A DNA stretch of 34,713 bases from Candidatus Micrarchaeota archaeon (GTDB lineage: Archaea > Micrarchaeota > Micrarchaeia > Anstonellales > Bilamarchaeaceae): contig CAZLIX010000001.1 in assembly GCA_964559795.1 (NCBI GenBank), forward strand, positions 1 through 34,713, in the 5' to 3' direction. Shown one piece after another: positions 7,493 through 15,966 of the stretch. Below the pieces are notes generated by a model. The model did not search any database. It was not told the DNA's origin and saw only the letters and a program-made list of their open reading frames with translations. A program made the position numbers and the translations under genes. Each line of letters starts with the position of its first letter. Position 1 is the stretch's first letter.

Positions 7493-8550
7493 AAAAACAA
7501 GAAAAATGCTTCATGTCTATCGCCCTATACCTTGCAGATAAGGGTTTTCCTTCTCCAAACCCTTATGTTGGTGCAGTTTTAGTAAAAGACAATAAAATTA
7601 TAGGAAAAGGATTCCATAAAAAGGCAGGTATGCACCATGCAGAAATTGAAGCAATAAACTCAGTTAAGAATAAATCAAAAATAGCAGGATCGACGTTATA
7701 TGTAACCTTAGAACCCTGCTCTCATTATGGCAAAACTCCTCCATGCACAGATGCAATCCTAAAATATAAAATAAAAAAAGTTGTTTTTGCAGCAAAAGAC
7801 CCAACAAAAAAAATAAAAGGCGAAGAAATTCTAAAAAAAAATAAAATAATTGTCGTTTCTAAAGTATTAGAAAAAGAAGCAAAAAAACAAAATGAAATTT
7901 TTTTTCACTATTCCAAAACAAAAAAACCATTTGTCGCCATAAAGGCAGCATCAACTAAAGATGGTTTTATAGGTTGCATTCATAAAACTAGAAAAATAAC
8001 AAATAAATTATCTGATAAATTTTCCCATAAGTTAAGGTCAAAATATGATGCGATTCTAGTAGGTGCAAACACAGTAATTTTAGATAATCCGTATTTAACC
8101 TCCAGAGTTTTACCCTATAAAAATCCTTTACGTATAGTACTAGACAATTCCCTAAAAATACCCCCAAATTCAAATATTTTAAAAGATAAAAATGTTCTTG
8201 TTGCAACAACAAATAGAGCAGATGAACGCAAATTATTATTTTTAAGAAAAAAAGGATTTGAGGTTGCAGTTTTAGGAAAAAATATAGTGAATCTAAGAAA
8301 ACTCCTAGTTTATCTTGGAAAAAGAGGAATAACCTCTCTTTTAGTTGAAGGAGGCTCAAAAATACATGAGGCATTTTTAAAAGAACGCTTAGCAAATAAG
8401 ATATATTTATTTATTTCAAAAAAACAGCTTAGGCAGGGCGTGTTATTATTTAACAATTATCAATTGAAAGATTACTATACAGATCAAATCCAAATATTTG
8501 GTTCAGATACGTTAAATATATTATATCCAAAAAATCCAAATCTATCTTAA
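7489..8550 (+). CDS. ribD: Bifunctional diaminohydroxyphosphoribosylaminopyrimidine deaminase / 5-amino-6-(5-phosphoribosylamino)uracil reductase
   Basis: CDA zinc motifs HAEIEAI and TLEPCSHYGKTPPC, then a reductase half (ILVGANTV, LLVEGGSKI). The ATG overlaps the ribA TGA (ATATGA). Confidence 0.9.
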   Translation: MKKQEKCFMSIALYLADKGFPSPNPYVGAVLVKDNKIIGKGFHKKAGMHHAEIEAINSVKNKSKIAGSTLYVTLEPCSHYGKTPPCTDAILKYKIKKVVFAAKDPTKKIKGEEILKKNKIIVVSKVLEKEAKKQNEIFFHYSKTKKPFVAIKAASTKDGFIGCIHKTRKITNKLSDKFSHKLRSKYDAILVGANTVILDNPYLTSRVLPYKNPLRIVLDNSLKIPPNSNILKDKNVLVATTNRADERKLLFLRKKGFEVAVLGKNIVNLRKLLVYLGKRGITSLLVEGGSKIHEAFLKERLANKIYLFISKKQLRQGVLLFNNYQLKDYYTDQIQIFGSDTLNILYPKNPNLS

Positions 8551-8590
8551 ATTTCAAAAAGATTCAAATCCAAATAATTTAAAGGTATTT

Positions 8591-9700
8591 ATGCTATCTT
8601 TATCTATGAGATCTAATCTTCTGGAAGATGCAATAAAAAATAAGGAGAAAATCTTGGTTGCTCAAATCGCTCCTGCAGTGCGCGTAAGCATCGGAGAATG
8701 TTTTGGAAAAAAACCAGGAGAAATAATGACAAAAAAACTTATTTGTGCGCTAAGAAAAATAGGTTTTGATTATGTTTTTGACAAAAGCTTTGGCGCAGAT
8801 GTTGCAATAACGGAGGAATGCGCAGAATTTGAAGAAAAATTAAAAAAAAATGGGCCGTTTCCAATGATAAATTCTTGTTGCCCCGGAACAGTTTCATTTA
8901 TAGAGCATTCCTACCCAGAACTTATTCCTAACGTAGCAACTGTAAAAAGCCCGATGGAAATCGTAGGTTCATTAATTAAAACAGTGTTTTGCAAAGAAAA
9001 AAACATATCTCCTGAAAAAATCTGCTCTGTTGCAATAATGCCCTGTACTATAAAAAAAGCAGAAGCGCTAAGGCCTGAATTAAGAATGGATGGAAAATTA
9101 GTTATAGATGGGGTCTTAACTACAAAAGAGTTAGCAGAAATAATAAAAGAAAAAAAAATCGATATTGAAAAATGTTCTGATTCTGAATTTGATCAAATGC
9201 TCGGTGTAGCTTCTGGAGGAGGAATTATCTTTGGCTCAAGCGGAGGGGTATGTGAGGCAAGCATTAGAAAATATGCTTCAAAAAACAACTTTCCAATAGA
9301 AAAAATCGAAACGAAAAAGCTTAGAAGTTCTGATGGTATTAGGGAAATATTTTTTGATATCTGCGGAAAAAAAATAAATGTTGCAATAATAAACTCCCTT
9401 AGAAACGCCGCAATCTTGTTAAACGACAAGGAAAAAATAAGCAGATTTCATTTTATTGAAATAATGGCCTGCCTTGGGGGATGTGTAGGAGGAGCAGGTC
9501 AGCCCATATCCACGCTTGATGCAATAGAACAAAGAAGAAAAGCGCTCTATTCTATTGATTCAAATTTAAAAATAAAAACATCAGATGAAAATCCAGAAAT
9601 AAAACTATTATACGAAAAATATTTGGGCGCACCTGGAGGCAGAAAAGCCAAAAAAATATTGCATACCGCATTTGATAAAATATGTACGGATTGCTGTTAA
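8591..9700 (+). CDS. hydA: [FeFe]-hydrogenase-like H-cluster domain protein, minimal (no F-cluster domains)
   Basis: AQIAPAVRVSIGE, FGADV, NSCCPG, MPCTIKKAE, GGVCEA, EIMACLGGCVGGAGQP, and a small-subunit-like tail ENPEIKLLYEKYLG. Confidence 0.85.
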   Translation: MLSLSMRSNLLEDAIKNKEKILVAQIAPAVRVSIGECFGKKPGEIMTKKLICALRKIGFDYVFDKSFGADVAITEECAEFEEKLKKNGPFPMINSCCPGTVSFIEHSYPELIPNVATVKSPMEIVGSLIKTVFCKEKNISPEKICSVAIMPCTIKKAEALRPELRMDGKLVIDGVLTTKELAEIIKEKKIDIEKCSDSEFDQMLGVASGGGIIFGSSGGVCEASIRKYASKNNFPIEKIETKKLRSSDGIREIFFDICGKKINVAIINSLRNAAILLNDKEKISRFHFIEIMACLGGCVGGAGQPISTLDAIEQRRKALYSIDSNLKIKTSDENPEIKLLYEKYLGAPGGRKAKKILHTAFDKICTDCC

Positions 9701-10233
9701 ATAAAAAATCACTTGAAAATCCATGCAGCGAATGCAATGCGCTCTGCTGCAAAAATTATGCAGTAACATTAACTTCATTTGATATTTTAAGGATTTATAA
9801 AAAAATTTCTTCTTTTGATTTTATAGATTTGGTTAATTCTGATAATTTTGATACATGCCTTGCTCAAAACATTATTTTTTTTGAAAAAAAAATCCCAAAA
9901 GAATATTATCTTACACTTAAAAGAAAAAGGAACGGGAGCTGTATTTTTCTAGGCAAAGATAATCTTTGCACAATTTATAAAGAAAGGCCAATGGTCTGCA
10001 GATTATATCCTTTTAAGTTTGAAAATGGAGAAATTCTTGCAAAAGAGCAAATACGCTGTCAGCATAATTGGCAGCTTAGTTCTGAAATGAAAAAAAATCT
10101 TTTCAAAATAAAAGAACAGCAGCAAAAAGAGCTTAAATTATTCGGGATTTTAGCTAGAAAATGGAATTCTGCTTTCTCAAAAGAAGGAAATCTTTCTTCT
10201 TTTTTAGAATTTATTTTTTCAGAAAAGATATAA
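9682..10233 (+). CDS. YkgJ/UPF0153-family Cys-cluster (Fe-S or Zn) protein
   Basis: CSECNALCC near the N-terminus, then GSCIFL...CTIYKERPMVCRLYPF. Overlaps the hydrogenase ORF by 19 nt. Confidence 0.7.
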   Translation: MYGLLLNKKSLENPCSECNALCCKNYAVTLTSFDILRIYKKISSFDFIDLVNSDNFDTCLAQNIIFFEKKIPKEYYLTLKRKRNGSCIFLGKDNLCTIYKERPMVCRLYPFKFENGEILAKEQIRCQHNWQLSSEMKKNLFKIKEQQQKELKLFGILARKWNSAFSKEGNLSSFLEFIFSEKI

Positions 10234-10258
10234 ATCCAATCTACCAAGTTTAATTTAT

Positions 10259-11212
10259 ATGGCAATTGTTGCAATAGTTACATTATTAGCTTCTATAATT
10301 ATTCTTTCAAAATCAGCCAGCATAACTGTTTCAAGCGCTTCAAAAATTGCAAATTATTTCAAAATAAGCTCTCTTGCAGTAGGGTTCATTTTAATTTCTT
10401 TTTCAACAACCCTCCCAGAGCTTTCAGTTTCAATAATTTCTTCAATGTCAGGAGATGGTGCGATTGCTGCAGGAAATGCATTTGGCTCAGTTATAACTGA
10501 TATTTTTTTCATATTAGGTCTTGGCGCGTTTTTATACGGCTTTAAAATAAGCAAAGAAAATTCAAAAGAAGTGGATTTGATACTTTTAATTACTGTAATT
10601 CTTTCAGTTTATATAATATTCATTACTTCTGTTAGAAAAAATGCCCTTGGAGTTTTCGAAGGTGCGATTTTGATTTTTTCATATATTATTTATCTGTTTT
10701 ACGTATTAAAATCAAACAAAAGAAATAATGAAGAAGAACAATATGTTCAAAAACCACAGGCAATAAATTCTATTTTGTATTTTTTAGCATCCATAATACT
10801 TGTTTTAATAAGCTCAAGCTTTGTTGTAAGTTCTTCAATCGAGCTTGCAGAATTATTCAATCTAAGCGAAGGATTTATAGGAGCAACAATAATTGCAATA
10901 GGAACTTCTCTGCCAGAGGCATCAATATGCCTTCAGGCGATTAGAAAAAAACAATATGGCATCGCCCTTGGAAATGCAACAGGTGCAAGCGTTGCAAATT
11001 TGACATTTGTCATAGGAGTTGCTGCAATAATAAATCCAATATATCTTGTAATGCCAGTTTTTATAACTGCCCTTCTTTTTGCAATCCTTGCAGCAGTTTT
11101 CCTTTTATATATCACAGCAGTAAACAAAAAAATGGGAAGATTTGGAGGCGCCATATTCCTTTTTATTTATCTGTTATATTTGGCATCAATGTTTTATTTT
11201 CAATTTTCATGA
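10259..11212 (+). CDS. Ca2+/Na+ (CaCA family, YrbG/NCX_Mj-like) antiporter
   Basis: Polytopic membrane protein with two alpha-repeats: GNAFGSVITDIFFILG and GNATGASVANLTFVIG, each preceded by TSLPE/TTLPE. Confidence 0.85.
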   Translation: MAIVAIVTLLASIIILSKSASITVSSASKIANYFKISSLAVGFILISFSTTLPELSVSIISSMSGDGAIAAGNAFGSVITDIFFILGLGAFLYGFKISKENSKEVDLILLITVILSVYIIFITSVRKNALGVFEGAILIFSYIIYLFYVLKSNKRNNEEEQYVQKPQAINSILYFLASIILVLISSSFVVSSSIELAELFNLSEGFIGATIIAIGTSLPEASICLQAIRKKQYGIALGNATGASVANLTFVIGVAAIINPIYLVMPVFITALLFAILAAVFLLYITAVNKKMGRFGGAIFLFIYLLYLASMFYFQFS

Positions 11213-11260
11213 GTTTAGTGCATATTTTTAAGTAATTATCAGTAGATATATTACCTGCGC

Positions 11261-11360
11261 GGGCCCGTAGCTCAATCTGGATAGAGCTTTCGGCTTCGGA
11301 AGCCGACTCCAAATTGCTGGAGAAACCGAAGGGTTGCGGGTTCAAATCCCGTCGGGCTCG
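11261..11360 (+). tRNA. tRNA-Arg(UCG): tRNA-Arg (anticodon UCG at 11296-11298) with a 25-nt intron (11300-11324) at the canonical 37/38 position
   Basis: Hand fold:
- acceptor GGGCCCG/CGGGCTC (one G-U)
- D arm GCTC-AATCTGGATA-GAGC
- anticodon stem TTCGG/CCGAA, interrupted by extra sequence
- variable loop GGGTT
- T arm GCGGG-TTCAAAT-CCCGT
- discriminator G; no encoded CCA. Confidence 0.85.
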
Positions 11361-11364
11361 AAAC

Positions 11365-11377
11365 TTTTTTTATTTTT
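11365..11377 (+). terminator. T-rich tract (T7-A-T5) immediately after the tRNA, archaeal-type oligo-T terminator candidate
   Basis: Sequence tttttttattttt starts 5 nt after the tRNA 3' end. Confidence 0.4.
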
Positions 11378-11419
11378 GCTTTAAGCTCTATTTTTATTTT
11401 TTTCCAAAATAATATACTT

Positions 11420-12673
11420 ATGAAAAAAATATTTTCAATTTTCGTATTATTTTGTTTATTTTCAGGAATTTTTGCAGCAGTAAGCTGCAATACAACATAT
11501 ACAGATGAATTAACCGTAAGGGCCCTTGATGCAAGCAATAGGCCATTAACTAATGTTTCAATAACCCTTACTTATCAATTAAGCGATTCAACAGGAAAAG
11601 GCTATGCTACAACAGTGCCAAAACTTACTGGAATTGACGGCACAGCAAAAATAAAAATCCAAAATTTGGAAACACAAGAAGATAAAATTAAATGTGATAT
11701 TACGATAATTGCAAATTATGATGGTGTACAGGTAAAAAAAATAGTCTATGCAAATTCACATGAATCAATAATTGATCTTTCATTTCCAGCGCATAATCTT
11801 ATTGTAACAGTTAGAGATCAGGATAATAAAAAAGTAAGCGGAGCAACTGTTGTTATAGGAGAATTCACGAAATTAACTGATGAAAACGGGGTTGTTGGTT
11901 TTAGCGTATGCGAAGGAGAAAAGTATGTTTTTGCATCTTATGAGGGGGCAAAAAAAGATGCAGTATTCCCAGTTTTTTCTGATACAAGTTATTCGCTCTC
12001 TTTTTATGTTTCCGACCTAATACTCCATATTGTAGACGATGAAGGAAATCCTATCGATGCAAGTGCAACTTTTTTTGGTGAAACCTATAACTCTTCTCTT
12101 GGAAAAATAATCATCCCAGAAGTAGGAATTTCAAATCCTCAAATAACAGTAACATATAATGGCATAAAAAAATCTCCACAAATCAATCTAGATCTTTCAA
12201 ATGAGTATACAATTATTTTTGATAAAACCCCCCCACAGCTACTTTCAATAATTGATGAAAAAGATGAAAAATATACCAACCTTTTAATTACATTAAAAGA
12301 TCCCGGTTCAAATCCTTCTGGAATAAACGAATCAACCCTCTCAGTTATTTATGATTATGGCAAAGGATGGAAAAATGCAAAAATTTTCCCCAAAGGATCC
12401 GGCCTATATATCGCCCAAATGGATCCAATAAATTTTGATACGATTGTTTTCTTTTCAATTTATGTAGAAGATAAAGATGGTAACACTATTACAATACCAG
12501 GGCAGTATGAGATCTTTACTACTACTTCTATTCCTGAAGAAAAACCACAGCAGGAAGAGGGCAATAATTGGATTTCAGACCTCTTTTTTACTTTAATATT
12601 GCCTTTAATTATAATTATTGCAATCCTTGCTGGCGCATTCTTTTTATATCTTCGGTTTATAAAAAAAGAATAG
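11420..12673 (+). CDS. Secreted, C-terminally membrane-anchored surface protein with carboxypeptidase-regulatory-like beta-sandwich repeats
   Basis: - N-terminal signal peptide (MKKIFSIFVLFCLFSGIFAAVSC).
- Three repeats of the type LxVxVxDxxxxPxxxAxV...TDxNG (ELTVRALDASNRPL, NLIVTVRDQDNKKVSGATVV...TDENGVVGF, LILHIVDDEGNPIDASA).
- Acidic linker, then a C-terminal TM helix followed by RFIKKE. Confidence 0.6.
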   Translation: MKKIFSIFVLFCLFSGIFAAVSCNTTYTDELTVRALDASNRPLTNVSITLTYQLSDSTGKGYATTVPKLTGIDGTAKIKIQNLETQEDKIKCDITIIANYDGVQVKKIVYANSHESIIDLSFPAHNLIVTVRDQDNKKVSGATVVIGEFTKLTDENGVVGFSVCEGEKYVFASYEGAKKDAVFPVFSDTSYSLSFYVSDLILHIVDDEGNPIDASATFFGETYNSSLGKIIIPEVGISNPQITVTYNGIKKSPQINLDLSNEYTIIFDKTPPQLLSIIDEKDEKYTNLLITLKDPGSNPSGINESTLSVIYDYGKGWKNAKIFPKGSGLYIAQMDPINFDTIVFFSIYVEDKDGNTITIPGQYEIFTTTSIPEEKPQQEEGNNWISDLFFTLILPLIIIIAILAGAFFLYLRFIKKE

Positions 12674-12754
12674 CACTATTTGCGTGAATAACTAAAGCTT
12701 TATAAATATTAGTTTCCATAATATATGTATATAAAATAACAATAATAAACACAA

Positions 12755-13507
12755 ATGGTGAAAATTATGCCCAGAGGAAAGAGAATTAATATCGATATAA
12801 ATATTGATGATGAGATTATTGACAAATTTAAGCATATTGATCCTGAAAATATAAAAAAATCAAGAAGCAGGGTTGAAAAATCATTATCTAGTTCAGTAAA
12901 TTCTGTATTTGAATCTGCACAAAAATTATATAAGGTAAAAGCGACAGAAGATGATATACAAAAAAATAGGCTTTATTCTGTTCAGGATGCTTATGATTAT
13001 TTGAAAGGAAAAGGTCTTTATATTTCTTTTAGGGCATTTGGTGGAAGAATTGAAAGAGGAACAGTCCCATTTGTTAAAATAGGAAGAAAAAGATATATCC
13101 CACAGGCAGTTTTAGAGGATATTTTAAGCCTTGGTTCTGATTTTTACACAGTAAGAGATGCATTTGAAGAATATAAAAAATTCAATAAAAAAATAAATTA
13201 CAGGGCATTTATAGGAAGGGTTGAAAAAGGTTCAGTTCCTTCTGTAAAAATCGGCACAAGAAGATTGATTCCAAAAGATGCAGTAGAAGCATTAACACAT
13301 GTAAGCAAGGATTATTATTCTGTTTCAGAATCTTTGGACAAGCTTCACAAGAGCGGGATTAAAATCAGGAGAAACGCATTTGAAAGAAGGCTTGACAGAG
13401 GAAGAATACCACATACAAAAGTCGGCGGGAGAAGATTTGTCAGAAATGATGTATTAGACAAGTTAATCCAGCTTGAAACAGAGCTTCGCGAAAGAAAATT
13501 AAGATAA
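12755..13507 (+). CDS. DNA-binding protein with three tandem excisionase/MerR-type helix-turn-helix modules
   Basis: Three 50-aa modules with a 57-aa period (aa 74-123, 131-180, 188-237), each Y(S/T)V..(A/S)...L......I..RAF..R(I/V/L)(E/D)(R/K)G.(V/I)P..K(I/V)G.RR.(I/V)....(L/V)..L. Confidence 0.6.
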   Translation: MVKIMPRGKRINIDINIDDEIIDKFKHIDPENIKKSRSRVEKSLSSSVNSVFESAQKLYKVKATEDDIQKNRLYSVQDAYDYLKGKGLYISFRAFGGRIERGTVPFVKIGRKRYIPQAVLEDILSLGSDFYTVRDAFEEYKKFNKKINYRAFIGRVEKGSVPSVKIGTRRLIPKDAVEALTHVSKDYYSVSESLDKLHKSGIKIRRNAFERRLDRGRIPHTKVGGRRFVRNDVLDKLIQLETELRERKLR

Positions 13508-13537
13508 TCTTTTATTTTATTCTTTTCATTTCCTTTT

Positions 13538-15916
13538 ATGGAAAAATCTTTTTTTATAGACCTAAACCAAAAAATCCTTGAAAACAAATCTTATGCAGAA
13601 TTTATCTTTAAATCAGAAGATGGCAGAATAAAAAATCTTTTATTTCAATACGATCCATATTTTTATGTTCTTTGCAGTGAAAAAGAAAAACAGGTTCTTG
13701 AAAAGCTTTCTGTAAAATCAAAAACAGGAGAGTTAGTTTCTCCTAAAAAAATAGAATTTGTAAAAAAAGAATACGAAGGAGAACAAAAGACAATTGCAAA
13801 AATTTCATGCAATTTCCCCTTTGATATCCCTATCCTAAGGGATGCAATACCTTTTCCATGCCTTGAATCTTCAATTTTATATACAAAAAGGATTATGCTT
13901 GATTTTGAGCTAAAGCCCTTCTCATTAATCTCATATATTTCAGACGGAAATTTTATAAAAGAAATAACCTCTATTTCAAAAAGAGATGGAGCAGATCTGT
14001 CCTATTTTTCATTTGATATTGAAACCTATAATCCTTTAGGTGCCCCAAGGCCTGAAAAAGATCCGGTAATAATGATCAGCTATTGCGATAACGTATCATC
14101 TGGCGTTTTGACATACTCAAAAAAGACCAAAAAAGAATTTGTGCATCTATTTGAAACAGAATCTCAGATTATTTCAAAACTTTGCGAACTAATATCAAAA
14201 AAAGACCCAGACATTATTTTTGGATATAATACAACCAATTTTGATATCCCCTACCTTTTGCAAAGGTCAGAAATATCAAAAATTGATTTCGAGCTTGGGC
14301 GCTGGAACAGCGATTTAAAAAAACTAAAAAAAGGCCTTAATTCTGGGGTATCGCTAAATGGGAGAATACATCTTGATTTATATCCAATGGCAAGATTTTT
14401 GGGAATAATCGGGGTTTTAAAATCAAAAAAATATACTCTAGAAGCGGTTTATAACGAGCTTAGCACAAATAAAAAGAAAATGATCGAGCGTCTTGATATT
14501 TGGAAGATGTGGGATAGCAACGACATAGAAGATTTATGTGTTTATTCTTTAATGGATGCAAAAACAACTTACGAACTTGGAACAATAATGTTGCCTCTTT
14601 TTATTGAGCTTTCAAAAGTAACGGGCCTTTCTCTTTTTGAAACGAGCCTTTCAACAACAGGCCAGATGGTAGAATTTTTACTAATGCAAGAAAGCGTTAA
14701 AAAAAATATGATTATACCTTCAAAACCAAAAGATTCTACAATTTCCCAAAGGCTTTCAAATCCAATAGAAGGAGCATTTGTTAAAATTCCAAACCCAGGC
14801 ATATATGAAAACATTGTCGTAATGGATTTTAGGGGTCTTTATCCTTCAATAATAATTTCATATAATATAGATCCATATACATTGACAGAATCGAAAAATA
14901 ATTCACACAATTCTCCTCTCGGCTGGAATTTTAAAAAATCCCCAACCGGACTAATCCCAGGAGTTTTAAAAACACTTGTCTTAGAAAGGTCAGTTCTTAA
15001 AAAAGAATTAAAAAAACTAGATAAGCTTTCAGAAAAGTACAAATCAATTGAGGCTAAATCACAATCATATAAGATTCTTTCAAATTCCTTTTATGGTTAT
15101 ATGGGGTATGCTCGTTCAAGATGGTATAATAGAAAATGCGCAGAATCTGTCACAGCATGGGGAAGATTGCACATTCAAAATACAATAGAAAGCGCAGAAA
15201 AAAACGGGTTTAAGGTTTTATATGGGGACACTGATTCGGTTTTTCTATTGCAGGAAAACAAATCAAAGCAAGAGGTTTTAGAATTTTTAAATACTGTTAA
15301 TAAGAACCTTCCAGAAGATATGGAATTAGAGCTTGAAGGATTTTTTTCATCAGGAGTTTTCGTCGGCAAAAAAGCCGAGGAAAAAGGAGCAAAGAAAAAA
15401 TATGCTCTTTTAGCAGAAGATGGCTCAATTAAAATACGAGGCTTTGAACTTGTAAGAAGAGATTGGTCAAATATTGCAAAAAAAACGCAAAAAAAAGTAC
15501 TCGAAATTATTTTAAAGGAAAAAAACAAGGAAAAAGCTGCAAAAATAGTTAAAGATACTATTTTTGATTTAAAGTCTGGAAAAATAGAGCTTTCAGATCT
15601 TGTAATTTTTACGCAAATAAGCAAGGATCCAAAAAAATATGATTTGATAAGCCCAGAAATATCTGCTGCAAGAAAAGGAATAGGAAGAGGATTAGCAATA
15701 CAAAAAGGAAGCCTTATCGGTTATATAATAACAAAAAAAGGAAAAACCATTTCTGAAAAAGCAGAGCTTTTAGAATTTGCAAAAGACTACGATGCAGATT
15801 ATTATATAAATAATCAGGTTCTTCCATCAGTCTTAAAAATATTAAAAGAGCTTGGATTTTCTAAAGATGATTTAAAATCAGAAGGAAAACAAACTGGTCT
15901 TGGCGGTTTTTTCTAG
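13538..15916 (+). CDS. polB: Family B DNA polymerase
   Basis: Exo I FDIETYN, Exo II YNTTNFDIPYL, Exo III YSLMDA. Pol A DFRGLYPSII, Pol B KILSNSFYGY, Pol C YGDTDSVF. C-terminal PIP box QTGLGGFF. Confidence 0.95.
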   Translation: MEKSFFIDLNQKILENKSYAEFIFKSEDGRIKNLLFQYDPYFYVLCSEKEKQVLEKLSVKSKTGELVSPKKIEFVKKEYEGEQKTIAKISCNFPFDIPILRDAIPFPCLESSILYTKRIMLDFELKPFSLISYISDGNFIKEITSISKRDGADLSYFSFDIETYNPLGAPRPEKDPVIMISYCDNVSSGVLTYSKKTKKEFVHLFETESQIISKLCELISKKDPDIIFGYNTTNFDIPYLLQRSEISKIDFELGRWNSDLKKLKKGLNSGVSLNGRIHLDLYPMARFLGIIGVLKSKKYTLEAVYNELSTNKKKMIERLDIWKMWDSNDIEDLCVYSLMDAKTTYELGTIMLPLFIELSKVTGLSLFETSLSTTGQMVEFLLMQESVKKNMIIPSKPKDSTISQRLSNPIEGAFVKIPNPGIYENIVVMDFRGLYPSIIISYNIDPYTLTESKNNSHNSPLGWNFKKSPTGLIPGVLKTLVLERSVLKKELKKLDKLSEKYKSIEAKSQSYKILSNSFYGYMGYARSRWYNRKCAESVTAWGRLHIQNTIESAEKNGFKVLYGDTDSVFLLQENKSKQEVLEFLNTVNKNLPEDMELELEGFFSSGVFVGKKAEEKGAKKKYALLAEDGSIKIRGFELVRRDWSNIAKKTQKKVLEIILKEKNKEKAAKIVKDTIFDLKSGKIELSDLVIFTQISKDPKKYDLISPEISAARKGIGRGLAIQKGSLIGYIITKKGKTISEKAELLEFAKDYDADYYINNQVLPSVLKILKELGFSKDDLKSEGKQTGLGGFF

Positions 15917-15966
15917 ACCTTTTTGAAATTTAAACATTTATATACCCTTTCTATCAATTTTAAATA

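Noticed and set aside
11290-11306. Alternative reading of the tRNA as tRNA-Pro(CGG), using the perfect hairpin TCGGC-TTCGGAA-GCCGA as the anticodon arm.
   Set aside because: It would leave two nucleotides between the D and anticodon stems, and a 29-nt variable region. The Arg(UCG) model with a 37/38 intron gives a fully canonical cloverleaf.
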